From Octopus sinensis (taxonomy: Eukaryota), in assembly GCF_006345805.1 (NCBI RefSeq), contig NC_043005.1:86614001-86678000 (forward strand): DNA of 64,000 nt, read 5' to 3'. Under the pieces are notes generated by a model. That model was given only the letters and a program-made list of their open reading frames with translations. It ran no database searches and had not been told where the DNA came from. The position numbers and the translations under genes are program-made. Shown one piece after another: positions 27,340 through 41,347 of this stretch (position 1 is the stretch's first letter; every line of letters starts with the position of its first letter).

Positions 27340-27960
27340 CTTTTACTCTTATCAGTTATTTGGCTGCGGCCATGCTGTGGTATCGCCTGTAGTCGAATAA
27401 ATCGACCCCAGGACTTATACTTTGTAAGCCTAGTACTTATTCTATCGAACTCTTTTGCCGAACTACTAGATGACGGGGACGTAAACACACCAACGCCGGC
27501 TGTCAAGCGTTGATGGAGTGACAAACAGACAAGTGGGGACAGGCACACACATATATGCGTCGGAGTGCCTCTGCGGTAAGTAGCTTGCTTACCAGCCGCA
27601 TGGCTCCGGGTTCAGTCCCTCTGCGTGGCACCTTGGGCAAGTGTCTTCTACAATGGCCTCAGACCGTCCAAAACATTGTGAGCGGATTTGGTAGACGGAA
27701 ACTGAAAGAAGCCTGTCGTATATATATGTGTGCGCGTGTGTATGTGTGTGTGTTCTGTGCCTTTTTTTGTCCCCCTACCATCACTTGACAACCGATGTGT
27801 ATTCACGTCGCCATAACTTAGCGGTTTGACAAAAGAATCCGATGGAATAAGTACTAGGCTCACAAATAATAACTCCTGGGGTCGATTTGTTCGACTAAAA
27901 GCACTGCACCAGCATGGCTGCAATCAAATGATTGAAACAAATAAAAGAATAAAAGAATAA
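27340..27960. mobile_element. Two family B SINEs: 3' half on minus (about 27340-27545) and near-full copy on plus (about 27555-27960)
   Basis: Both match the family B sequence at 31205-31615. Confidence 0.8.
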
Positions 27961-28088
27961 AAGAATATATATATATGAATGTATGGCGGTGCCCCAGCAT
28001 GGCCACAGATCGTGAGCTGAAACTAGATAATATATATATATATATGTATGTATGTATATGTGTGTATATATGTGTGTGTATACATATA

Positions 28089-28146
<58 letters not shown>

Positions 28147-28322
28147 GATATATATATATATATATGTATGTATATAAGTATATATATATATATATATATA
28201 ATATATATATATATATATAGAAATTCTGGGTGAGTACTTGATAATTATAAGCACTGTGTATACCGTTTGGTGGTGTAGGTGGTGGAGTAAATTGATCAAA
28301 AAAACATGATGCCAAGGATTCA

Positions 28323-28400
28323 GCAGTACATATGTTTCGGGCCTTTATTAGACAGATTTATAACAATGCATAATGTATGTCTGTGGCCTTCTTCAGCCGC
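28323..28400 (-). ncRNA. Type I hammerhead ribozyme (left arm copy)
   Basis: Minus strand reads GCGG-CTGAAGA-A-GGCC-...-GGCC-C-GAAA-C-ATAT-G-TA-CTGC. Same as the right copy, with one G-U wobble in stem I. Confidence 0.75.
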
Positions 28401-30113
28401 GCACAACACCTTCCACAAGGACATGTGTTACATCAAAAATTCTTGGTTGGGGATGCAAATCCTCTCATTCGCGTACGACATAATGCGGCAACAGCATACA
28501 ATTGAAGCGTCCATCTCTTTCTTCTCTCAATGTAGAATGAGGAAATTTGGATGTTGAAGTAATGTAAATAAATTAATAAATAAATACATATATAGACGTG
28601 AAGGAACCTGGTAATAAGAGTAAATAGAGGTAAAGATGGAGGGGCGAGAATTCAGGACGAAGGATAAAAAATATATAAAAAGTGTAAGTATAGAAAAATA
28701 TAAAAATGTAGAGTATAAAGATATAAAGAGATATAAGGAGATACGTCTGGATGTGCATACCCCGTTACTCTTCTTTAATAATTTTCTTTAATAATTTTTT
28801 AAAATTTCTTACATGTTTTTTTACATTTTTTTACATGTTTTCGCAGATTTCTTATATGCATATGTTTACACAATTCTGTATACATCTTTTAATATCTTAT
28901 AGCTATACCTATACGCGCGTATGTCTATGTGTGTGTATGTAAGTGTATATGTACACGCACATATGGACACACAGCCGTGTGTGCGTGCACGTGTAGACGT
29001 GAGTGCGTGATTCTTTACATGCGTTCTTATATACATCTTTTAATATCTTATATCTAAACCTGTATGTGTGGGCATCCGTGTGTGTGTATGTAAGGATGGA
29101 CGTACGTATGTATATATGGGTGTGTGTATATGCGTATGTATGTATAGGTATACATGTGCATATATGTATGCATGTGTGTATGTGTATATGTATATGTGTA
29201 TGTGCGTGTGTGTGTATATATGTATTTATATATATATATGTACACGTATAATGTCCGTGTATATATACGCATATTCTGTTGTATGTATGTATATATGCGC
29301 ATGTGTGTGGGTGTATATGTGTTTCTGTACATGTTTACACGTGAGTACGTATGTATGCTTATATGCTTGGAGCTGTGTATGCGCGCGTATATGTGCGCGT
29401 GTATATGGGTGTATGTATCCATTCTGGTATGTATGTACAAGATGACCACTTAATTCAAGGATCTAGATTAGCTGCTCAATAGCTCTGATTTACAATACAC
29501 TAGGTCCCCAGATGCCCCTGTTGATTTATTGACACCCAAAACTTCTACAACTAAATTTTGTCATTTTCCTTACCACCATGTTTGGTCCGTAACCACTATA
29601 CATCCCTTATCCTTATATTTTTTTACATTTTTTATCATTTTTATTCCTATTTTTATTCCTATTTTTATTTTTTTACTTTTATTTCTATTTCTATTTTTAT
29701 TTTATAACTTTATACCTTTATATTCATTTATATTTTTTATATTCTTTATATCTTCTTTATATCCCCTTTATATCTCCTTATATCTCTTTATATCTTTATA
29801 CTCTACATTTTTATATTTTTCTATACTTACACTTTTTATGTATTTTTTATCCTTCGTCCTGAATTCTCGCCCCTCCATCTTTACCCCTATTTACTCTTAT
29901 TACCAGGTTCCTTCACGTCTATATATGTATTTATTTATTAATTTATTTACATTACTTCAACATCCAAATTTCCTCATTCTACATTGAGAGAAGAAAGAGA
30001 TGGACGCTTCAATTGTATGCTGTTGCCGCATTATGTCGTACGCGAATGAGAGCATTTACATCCCCAACCAAGAATTTTTGATGTAACACATGTCCTTGTG
30101 GAAGCTGTTGTGC

Positions 30114-30191
30114 GCGGCTGAAGAAGGCCACAGACATACATTATGCATTGTTATAAATCTGTCTAATAAAGGCCCGAAACATATGTACCGC
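30114..30191 (+). ncRNA. Type I hammerhead ribozyme (right arm copy)
   Basis: Stem I GCGG(30114-17)/CCGC(30188-91); core CTGAAGA at 30118-24; stem II GGCC/GGCC, extendable by ACAGA/TCTGT; GAAA at 30176-79; palindromic stem III ACATATGT; GUA triplet with predicted cleavage after A30187. Confidence 0.8.
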
Positions 30192-30717
30192 TGAATCCTT
30201 GGCATCATGTTTTTTTGATTAATATATATATATATATAATTTATATATATATATATATTATATATATTTATATATATATATAATATATATATATTTATAT
30301 ATATATAGACACACGATGGGCTTCTTTCTGTTTCTGCCTACCGAATCCACTCACAAGGCTTTGGTCGTCCCGATGAAATAGTAAAAGACACTTGCCCAAA
30401 GTGTCACACAGTGGCACTGTACCCGTGTCTATGTCAATGGGAAGCAAGCTTCTTAGCACAAAGTCACGCGTGTATGCCATAAAGTCTGCAAATCTAACGG
30501 AGGCGTCAAAAGACATTTCAAGATCCACAAAGATCAGAACTTAACTGCAGTTCTTGGAGGTCCAAATCGCATAATATGTGAGTGTTTTTTCAGCACATTG
30601 TCTGGTTTTAGAAAGCTACAACAGATGCCATGACGGATCTAAGGAGTAGGTACAAGAGGTGGTCACACTCCTGCATGAGGAGTAGACAACCGCCATATAT
30701 GTATATATATATTTATA

Positions 30718-30825
30718 TAAAATTATAAATTAGGGTATCTATGATATACCACCATGCTGAAAATAGCAGCCATGATCTATTTTCGGCATGGTGGTATCTC
30801 GTAGATACCCTAATTTATAATTTTA
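30718..30825. repeat. 108-nt hairpin (about 49-bp stem, 10-nt loop)
   Basis: AAAATTATAAATTAGGGTATCTATGATATACCACCATGCTGAAAATAG pairs with CTATTTTCGGCATGGTGGTATCTCGTAGATACCCTAATTTATAATTTT, with few mismatches or wobbles. Confidence 0.8.
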
Positions 30826-31204
30826 ATAATTATTACCTTTGAAGGTTATTTTTTCCATGCTGGCCAATTGATAAAATTGTTATTTTATTTTAAGTTAACG
30901 ATCTTATCCTTATTTATATAAATATATATTTATATATGTGTGTGAATGTATATTTTGTAATTAATGGTCACAATCGATGAATTTAAGCGCTAGTAAGAGT
31001 TTCATTTGTCGAGAAATACTCAAACATATCCTTCAGGTGCAAAAAACATAAAACGAACTAAAGAATAACTGAATAATAGAAGACATGCGAAAGAACTGAG
31101 AAGTGAGCATATAGAAAACATAAAGTAAAAAAAAAATGGAAAACGGAAAACAAAAGCACGAAAACTATATTTAAAAAAGAAAAATTATAAAAAGTAAAAT
31201 ATAA

Positions 31205-31615
31205 GGCGCAGGAGTGGCTGTGTGGTAAGTAGCTTGCTAACCAACCACATGGTTCCGGGTTCAGTCCCACTGCGTGGCATCTTGGGCAAGTGTCTTCTGC
31301 TATAGCCCCGGGCCGACCAATGCCTTGTGAGTGGATTTGGTAGACGGAAACTGAAAGAAGCCTGTCGTATATATATATATATATATGTGTGTGTGTTTTG
31401 TGTGTCTGTGTTTGTCCCCCTAGCATCGCTTGACAACCGATGCTGGTGTGTTTACGTCCCCGTCACTTAGCGGTTCGGCAAAAAAGAGACCGATAGAATA
31501 AGTACTGGGCTTACAAAGAATAAGTCCCGGGGTCGAGTTGCTCGATTAAAGGCGGTGCTCCAGCATGGCCGCAGTCAAATGACTGAAACAAGAGAAAGAG
31601 AGAAAAAGAAAAGAG
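31205..31615 (+). mobile_element. Full-length tRNA-derived SINE, family B
   Basis: A-box-like TGGCTGTGTGGTAAG, B-box-like GGTTCAGTCC, internal TA/TG microsatellite and CAGCATGGCCGCAGTCAAATGACTGAAACAAG tail. Confidence 0.9.
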
Positions 31616-31984
31616 AATAAGACACAAACAGTAAAAAGGGGAAAATGCTGTCCTCCTTAGATGTTAAATAATACAGCTGGAAAGATATCAAGTGAGTCAG
31701 GAATAGGCGGAATATTTCAATTCTCTAAAACTATTTATACGTAATTCTCGCAAACATTGAAACTTTCTGACCTTGAGTTCAATACAGAGTTAGAAATCTT
31801 AGATCTGAACTGGATCTACGCTCTGTCATCTAAACAAAGCTTACATTTATTTGATCCATTCACATAAGGTATGAGCTTCTCAGTTACTTGCCATTTAATT
31901 ATGCGTCAAAGTCTATACAGAGAGAGAGAGACAGATAAACAGACTGACATACAGGTAGACAAATAAACAGAAAGAAAGACAGAC

Positions 31985-32059
<75 letters not shown>

Positions 32060-32443
32060 CAGATAGACGTATATACGTATATCTATGAAAACATATATGT
32101 ATATATAATGTATGTGTGTATGTATGTTTAAATCATTTAATAAACACGATTCATATGTGAGCTATTATAAATCAATTTTCACGGTCCAATCTTGTGTTTA
32201 TGAAATGATATTTATGTTTACATGGAATGCTGTTTGCTGACCCGACCTATAACGGACGTGTACACTAGAAATATGCGCACGCCCACGCACACACACTCAG
32301 ATATCGTTGGCATCATACGTATTTATAAACTTCAAGAAATAACAAGAAATAACGGTGCCACGCAATGGGACTGAACCCGGATCATGTGGCTGGGAAGCAA
32401 GCTTTTTACTCCATAGCCACTCCTGCACCTATAAATATATATA

Positions 32444-33740
32444 TCAGGTTATTTTCAATGAAATGTCCGATTTTCTTTTGCGCCAAGTTTGACAGTCGTT
32501 AACTCTAATGTTTTTTTCCTGACAATTCTTTGTTTTACTACATTGAAGAGTTACATCATCACTTTTTGAAACGCAATTCATGGTGTCTCATTATATTGTG
32601 AGTTTTCTCTTGTAAATCAATTTTTGTGAACCCATGGATAGATGAAAAAAAAATTCTTCTTGTTTATGAATATGAGTTCCGTCGTTGAACCAACGCATCC
32701 CAAAGAGTTCAAAATATCAATACGGTGTTTGGTGAAGATGTGGCAAATAAGTGCACTGTTCGTCGATGGTTTGAGAAGCGCCAGTCTGGTGACTTTACTT
32801 TTGAAAATCAGCCCCGTGGTAGACCTGAAACCAAGGTGGATAATGATGAGATGGAAACTATAGTTGAAGTGAACACATCTCAAACCAAGCGTGAGTTAGC
32901 AGCAAGGTTTGATGTTTCAATTCCAACTGTATTGTACCTGTTGAAACAAATCAGCAAATTAAAGGAGCTGGACAAATGAGTACCACAAGAACAGAACGAG
33001 CGTCAAATGACACGCCATCTTGAAACTTGATGTCATCGCATAAAAGCGACCATTTTTGCATCGTATTGTTACCAATGATGAAAATGAATTCTTTTCAACA
33101 ATAGCAAGCATTCTCAAGATGTGTGGTTGGATAGAGACGAAGTACCAAAACACAATTCAAAACAGGATATTCACCAAAAAATGCTAATTCCAGTGCTGGT
33201 GTCATCCACTACAGCTTCACGAGACCCAGTAAGTCATTTGCAGCGGATGTATCCATCAACCAATTGGATGAAATGATGAGTGAAGTTGAAATTAAACAAC
33301 TGAGATTGGTCAATAGAGACAGGCCATTTCTCTTGCAAGCATTGTTCGACCACATGTTGCACAGAAAACGCTACTCAAGTTACAGGAACTGAACTTGGAA
33401 GTACTCTGTCATCCATCATATTCACCACACCTTGCACCAACTGACTATCACGTTTTCCAGGTATTAGATAACTTTATGCAATAAAAGAAAAATCTTCAAA
33501 TCTGAAGAAAATGCATAAACGGCCTTTCATGAAATCTGAAAAAGATGCAAGAACAGACTTTCGTGATTTCATCACCTCTTGGTCTCCAGAATTCTTCACT
33601 GCCAGCATAAATAAGTTACCGATAGAAGGGCAAAATTGTGTTGATAATTTAGGTGCATAACTTGATGAACTGCATTGCTTTTTGTTGAGATAAAATAAAC
33701 TTTTAGTTCAAAATCTGACATTTCATTCCTAATGACCTGA
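32444..33740 (+). mobile_element. Full-length decayed mariner (1297 bp) with TIRs and TA target duplication
   Basis: TIRs TCAGGTTATTTTCAATGAAATGTCCGATTTT / AAAATCTGACATTTCATTCCTAATGACCTGA, flanked by TA at 32442-43 and 33741-42. Transposase motifs FGED..TVRRWF, GRP, *VPQE (WVPHEL), RIVTND and HPSYSPHLAPTDYH (YSPDL), interrupted by stops and frameshifts. Confidence 0.9.
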
Positions 33741-33791
33741 TATACTGATATCTATATATATATATATATATATATATATGCATGTATGTGT

Positions 33792-33825
<34 letters not shown>

Positions 33826-33841
33826 GCATGTATGTATGTGT

Positions 33842-33898
<57 letters not shown>

Positions 33899-34397
33899 CG
33901 TGTGTGTGTATTAATGTATGTATGTATGTATAATGGTGTGCGTGATCTTCTTTATCTTTCTCTTTTGGTTGCTCAAAACGTTACTGGAATTATAAGTGAT
34001 AATGAAGAATAGAGGGGAACGGAATATTCCAGATATTCTAGAAGCGATATGTGAGAAATATATTCTAAAAGCTGTTAATCTTCAATTTTATCAGCTCTTT
34101 CAATTCTGAACATATTTACAACTGCATTTGCGTAAACTTCGCGACGCATTGCTAACTAGAATTGTTGGAAGTTGCAAAAATTACCGTGATATTCACTGTA
34201 TATTTTTAGAAATATACCGTATTGAATAATGTAGGTACCAATACCCATATGAGGCAAGATGGCCAAGGTCGAATATCATTCATGATAGATCGATATAGAC
34301 TACCGAAAACTGATTAAACACCAATCATACCCTTCGTTTGTCACAAGATGAAATAAAGTTTTGAGGATTGGGTAATGATTTTTCTTTCTTCTGGCAG

Positions 34398-34561
34398 GTT
34401 TAATCCAACATGGTTTGATTAAATGTATACCTAAGGCTAGATCTAAACTCAGCATAGAGAAAGGAGAGGAAAAAGGTAAATACAACCTCTGGACATTACT
34501 GTTTGAAGTCCTAGGACTTATAGGGCGTTCACTCGGTTTCCATGGCCTAGAAGCGACGAAG
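34398..34561 (+). other. Candidate coding exon of an unidentified host gene (164 nt)
   Basis: Polypyrimidine acceptor TTTTTCTTTCTTCTGGCAG| and donor AAG|GTAAGA. Only one frame is open (LIQHGLIKCIPKARSKL...SLGFHGLEATK). The product is not recognised. Confidence 0.25.
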
Positions 34562-35349
34562 GTAAGAATATCCACTGAGCATGACGCAATCCGATTGCAT
34601 GCTTAATCATTTATAGCAGGTGGAGGTGGAGTTACAAGAGGTGTTTTGGCGAAGAACATGCTACACCCGCGGTTCCGGGAATGAGAAACACGATTATGTG
34701 TTTGGGAGTGCGATATAATTCACAAAAATGTTTGCAAAGGCATGATACACCATACCCCATCGACATTTGTATGGTCGAGCAGCTGCTTCAGAACCCAGTG
34801 ACAGTGCCTTTAAGAGCTGTACAAGACTGCTTCCCCACAGAAGAAAACCATGCTTAGTATCGGTTAGTTAATCATTTTCTTCTAAGACCGTTATCAGTTC
34901 CCTTCTCATAATTCGTTCTATAATTTTGCTGATATGGAAACTCAGAGAGAGAGAGAGAGAGAAGGGGGGAGAGAAAGAGAGAGAGAGGGGAGAGAGAGAA
35001 AGAGAGGGTTTGTATTTTCTAGTATCCGCTCTAATCCTGCCGCCATATATAGAGTATATGATTGAATATATATATACATTCATATAAACGTAGAGGAATT
35101 TTTCTTTTTATTTTGTTCTAAAAGACAAAAAATCTCAGATATAGAAAGAGGCTTCTATATGACTTACATTGACTGAAGCGTAGGTGGATTGTTCTAACAA
35201 AGAATGTCTGCTTTCTCTAAATTATGGACAAATATGTTTTTTTCGGAGGTGCTGTATTAATTAGGGAAAGCGGACTTACTTTTTCTAATTATTTGATCTA
35301 TAAAATAAATACACACACACGCACACAGAAGGATAAGATACAAAACTGT

Positions 35350-35760
35350 ATAACACGCAAGCTGAAGGAAATGTGAGTCGATGTAAATACCTAAGAGGGG
35401 TTGGGTTTGGAAAGAAATAAGCGGAGAAAACGTAAATATGTAGTGGATGTTATGGAACTTTGGTAGATAGTCGCCTTGGGCGCAAAATTCTCAGGCATTG
35501 ATTTCGGAAGTGCTGTCATTAGATCCTGCATGATCGTATAAAGCGCTATGGTCACGCAATGCGTGCGTTTGGTACTATCTACAGATGGGTATGCCAACTA
35601 TTTCACGTCCCATGGAAGCCCAAAGGCATGTTGCTTCCTCTCTCATGGACCAGTTGATTGCACGCGTGTAATATGCGGAAAAGTATGGAAGTACACACTA
35701 GGTCTTTGTTGTATAATCTACCACAAAGTTGTCCGATCAATCACCTATCGTCAAAGCATG
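35350..35760 (-). mobile_element. Possible highly decayed Helitron (PIF1-like) helicase fragment
   Basis: The order of weak motifs LTIGD...AYPSV...MPE...TIYQS...FL..PNPS loosely follows the Helitron helicase C-terminus. Many stops. Confidence 0.25.
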
Positions 35761-36514
35761 CACAACTGCAGCAGGAACGAATAGTCATGTGAAAGATCAT
35801 GGACGAAATGTCAAACATAACATGGGCAAAAAGGTATCACGGGAAATTAGAATAATCCGTGAAGTTGGAGCAATCATCATGCTTGCATGTATAAAGGAAA
35901 GAAATTTAAGTAATATTTTGCCTCGATTTCAATCCATTATCTTAATATCCCTGGAATGCAAATCGGTTATTACTGTTATTCGTTTTGTATGTGTGTGTGT
36001 GTTTTTGTTTTCGTTGTCATCGTTGTGGTGGTTGTTATTATTGAACTTTGGATGATAAGCGTGTCCAAATTTTTGGTTGACTGTTCTTGTTTATCGCAGT
36101 AATTTTATCTTCAACTATAATGCTTAACGCATGCTCCCTGTCGTCCAGCCACTAGAGTTCAATACGTATGTTTTTCATCATCGTCGTCGTCGTCCTTATT
36201 GTCATCATCATCATCATCATCATCAAAAGTAAACAGTCGGATGACTGAACAGACCAGACGTTCATGTTTGTTACAGCCATACACGTAATATCACATTCGA
36301 AGAAGAAAATATCAACTTTCAAGCAAAAAATATATATATGTATCCATCCATCCATCCATCCATACATACGTCCATACATCCATCCATCCATCCATCCATC
36401 CATCCATCCATTCATCCATACATACATACATACATACATGCATGCATTCACACATATTTATATACATATATACGTATATATTTATACATATATATATGCA
36501 TGTGTGTGTATATT

Positions 36515-36879
36515 TATATATACTCTTTACTCTTTTACTCTTTTACTTGTTTCAGTCATTTGACTGCAGCCATGCTGGAGCACCGCCTTTAGTCGAGCAA
36601 ATCGACCCCGGGACTTATTCTTTGTAAGCCCAGTACTTATTTTATCGGCCTCTTTTGCCGAACCGCTAAGTGACGGGGACGTAAACACACCAGCATCGGT
36701 TGTCAAACAATATATATGACAGGCTTCTTTCAGTTTCCGTCTACCAAATCCACTCACAAGGCATTGGTCGGCCCGGGGCTATAGCAGAAGACACTTGCCC
36801 AAGATGCCACACAGTGGGACTGAACCCGGAACCATGTGGTTGGTTAGCAAGCTACTTACCACACAGCCACTCCTGCGCC
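36515..36879 (-). mobile_element. Full-length SINE family B
   Basis: Reverse complement of 31205-31615, sharing the variants GCTAACCAACC, GGCATCTTGGG and CCGACCAATGCC. Confidence 0.9.
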
Positions 36880-38126
36880 ATATCTATAAATATAAATATA
36901 AATATGTATGCATGCACACACACACACCTATTTGTTGTCGTAACTGAACCTCATATACCACCCCTAGAGATCTCGGACGCCAAAAATCAGGGGCCGCGAA
37001 GAAGACTGCTCGTTGGCTCAATTCCTTTGCCAACACTCTTATAGGTCAGACAGCATTTATGAAGCAAGCTCTTTCACTCTCTACTCTCTCCTTTTCACAT
37101 ACGTGTTGCCATGCTCCATGATAATGTCGTTGTTATTGTTATTATCGATATTGTTTTTGTCAAAAAAAAAAAGATTACTCTATTTCGCTTTGTTTAAATT
37201 GATTCGTACTTTAAATACTGAATTAAACTTTTATATATATTTTTCGTTCATATTTGAAGGTTGGTATAAATGACTAAAACAGGGAGGCAATGGACTAAAT
37301 AATAAAAGCTTTAGAATATTTTATCTCGTCTATTTACGACCTGACTTCAAATACAGCTTGGGTTGCCATTATCCTTTTATCTCGTCGGTGTAGTTAAAAT
37401 AAGTTCCATTATTCTCTTGCAATCGATCTGGTCGATTATGACACTCTTCTGAAAGTATATATAGCTTTGTAGCTATGAAAGTATCGATATATTTGAATGC
37501 GTAAAATATATTTCAATTGTTAATATTTCGATTTTTTGGCGACATTTTAAATCTGTTATTTTTTTTCTTTTACAGTAAATATATATATAACTATTCACCA
37601 AAACCTGAAGCTGTTACTGTTTCACTTTATATTTCATGAGTTTCACACCTCCACTCACAACAACGCTCGATTTATAGAAATCTGTTAAGCTTCTTAACAG
37701 TGTGAGCCATACATCCACCTGTTTGCATGAATACCAACGTGGTCTTTTTTTGTATGTTTTCCTTTTCTATTTTACATTCTCTGAATACATTTATTTTCTT
37801 TCAGATTGATCTTTCTGCGAACGATTTCGTTCAACAACTAACCAATAAATATTACTGTCACAGCCACAATATCAGGGAAAGACTTCATGCTTTAGGAAAT
37901 GAAACACCCCACCCACCTCGATCATTTTAATTAAATCGGACAATCCAAACATTATGTTTCCCTTTGACACTACAATCAACAAAATGTTTAACTAACGCTA
38001 AAATCTAAAATTAGAAAGTCTTGAAGGAATGACACTACCCCCAAATCAGCCAAAAAATCTTTCCTAATAACAATGATCATAATAATAATGATGATGATGA
38101 TAATGACTATCATTATTATTATTATT

Positions 38127-38796
<670 letters not shown>

Positions 38797-40292
38797 CATA
38801 TTATTAATCGTTTCAGTTTAAATAATTTATTGGACCGAAAGCCCCGAATAGACACGGAGTACAAAATGTTCTCTAAGGCAACGAGAAAGAAAACGTGTGG
38901 TATTTGAAAGACATGCTATACAATAATGAGGAACGGCTGTGAATTTTTATAAATGCCCGAATGAAGATTTTAAATATATATTTAGGCAATTATTTGTATG
39001 AAATAACTAAGGCTTTCAATAAAACATACAAATTTAGGCAAGATATAATTAAAACAAAAGAAAGCTGGCAAAATGTTTTCTTGTTAGGACTGTTTAGCAA
39101 ACCACACGTCTTTACCTTTTGGCCAGTTTTCGAGTTGGTCTCCTGTTCGATGAAAAGAGCCAGTTTAGAATATTTTAAGTCGGTTGTGATTAAAAAACAT
39201 TAAATATCTCCAGGATAAGATTGTTTTAATTCATATTGTAGTGTCTTTGTTTGACTTTTACAAACAACTGCATGATGCCTGTAATCTAAAACATAACCAG
39301 ACTTGTTTTATTTTAAATTCTTTTGAAAATTACTTGCACTACAAACACGTTATTTTGTCGATATGCTGTTAGATTGATTTTTCGAAGGAAATTGAAACTT
39401 ATTTCGGTGTCCTTCTCTTCATTTTCGATATTTTATTGAGAAGTGTTATCCTTGTTTTAAAGCAATTTTTTCTCGTTCCCGTCTTTCAAAATTTTGTGTT
39501 GCGCCTCCTTTTCTTGAAAGCTGTTCCTTTATTGTCTCCTTCCGGTTTGTATATTTTCGAATGCAACCTTCTTTTTGATACGTTAAAAGAGAATAGAATG
39601 GTGAGACTTGTTACGGTTTGTAGACGAAACGTTTGTGCTTTTGTTTCGAAATAAATCTAAAACCTATTTTTCATTGCAGCTACAACGTTTTGACGGGAGA
39701 TGACCTGTTTGGAAACTTTCACTTTTTTTTTCTTTCGCTTCCTCAGTGGGTCTTCATTACTTTTCGCTCTGTCATTTTAGTTCTTCAGGACAAAAGACTG
39801 CGAAAATTAACAAAGTATATATCTTGCGGTGTATCATCATTCTTGCTGTAGCCTTTCGGGTTTATTAAGACTTGCAAATCTTTTTTGCCGCTGCCCGACC
39901 AAATATCACCTTTCGTTAACCCCGCTTAAAACACTCAACCACACAAGAATACCAAACTGTCTATTATATTTTCACCCTACAATTTCTGCCACCCATGTAC
40001 TGTGAAGCAAATCTATAACTGTAGGATTGTCTTACAATATCTCCTTGTAGATACGAAGTTTCAGCTTTGAAAATACAGAGAATACAACCGAAACTTATCT
40101 CTCTTTCGATTGAAAGGAATTTACCTAAGGATGTGTCGGTTGCAATTCTTACCACAAAAAATAAATGTCTTCCCATTTGTTCTAAACTGCATGCAGATAG
40201 TTAATATATCTTATATTCTCTTTGCTCTCTCTCTCTCTCTTTCTATCTATCAATCTACCTACCTGTTTGTCTCACTCACTCAGACACACTCA

Positions 40293-40333
<41 letters not shown>

Positions 40334-40989
40334 GCATTAGTTCCTACAGCAATGAAACACTGTTCTCCCAAGAGAACTGTGTTGTTCCTAAACAAACTCT
40401 TTAAGTGTTATAGAGGCAAGAGTTGCTTCAACTTAGCTATTATAGGAGCCGATCTAAAGATTAAATGCCGCCACTGATGTGATCTATGGTTTTGTTACTC
40501 CCGCTATCTTCAGAATTACCTGTTATAAAGTTTCAAACGTTTTAGGGTATTACAACGTTTCGGTTTCTTATTTTGGTTCATTCAGCTGTGTATTCCGTTA
40601 TCGTGGCATTCTGTTCTTCTGTTACCTTTGTTAGCTATGGTAATGCTGTATTGCATACGGTAATTATGTTTGGAAGTCATCTGTTAAGTTAAAATTGTGC
40701 TTCTGTTTAAATAAAATTGTGTTCGAAACAAAATTATTTTTAAAACTTTTTCTCCTCCTAAGTTGCGAAGACACGGTTTCCACAAGGCATTTTATTACTC
40801 TTCAGCAAGTACTCCAAATATAGTTTTATTTAGTAATGCTGTAAATATGGTGCGACTTTGTGACAGATAAACATGCATGTGAACGCTTCAACAAGAAATA
40901 ATAACAGTAAAAATGATAATAATAATAGCAATAAAAATCAGAATAATGGTACTAATAAAATTAATAACGGTGATGTTGATAACAGCAGC

Positions 40990-41027
40990 AATATTACTAT
41001 TATTATTATTATTATTACTACTACTAC

Positions 41028-41058
<31 letters not shown>

Positions 41059-41111
41059 TCTTCTTCTTCTTCTTCTTCTTCTACTACAACTACTACTACT
41101 ACTTCTACTAC

Positions 41112-41153
<42 letters not shown>

Positions 41154-41308
41154 TACTACTACTACTATTATTATTATTACTATTACTACTACTACTACTA
41201 TTATTATTACTACTACTATTACTATTATTATTATTATTGTTACTACTATTATTATTATTTATTATTATTATCATTTATGATGATGATGGTGGTGATGATG
41301 ATGATGAC

Positions 41309-41345
<37 letters not shown>
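40990..41345. repeat. Compound trinucleotide array (ATT/ACT/TCT/ATT/GAT)
   Basis: Direct reading; explains the poly-L, poly-T, poly-N and poly-D ORFs. Confidence 0.95.

Positions 41346-41347
<2 letters not shown>

Larger units (their letters stand above)
28291..30223 (+). mobile_element. Non-autonomous Penelope-like unit with 453-bp inverted arms, each carrying a hammerhead ribozyme
   Basis: Arms 28291-28743 and 29771-30223 are near-identical reverse complements. A faint GIY-YIG C-terminal-like trace (RLAAQ*L...YNTLGP) lies at about 29465-29520; this trace is weak. Confidence 0.7.

Noticed and set aside
38820-39950. Possible decayed coding sequence on the minus strand
   Set aside because: Lys/Arg-rich fragments with many stops and no identifiable motif.
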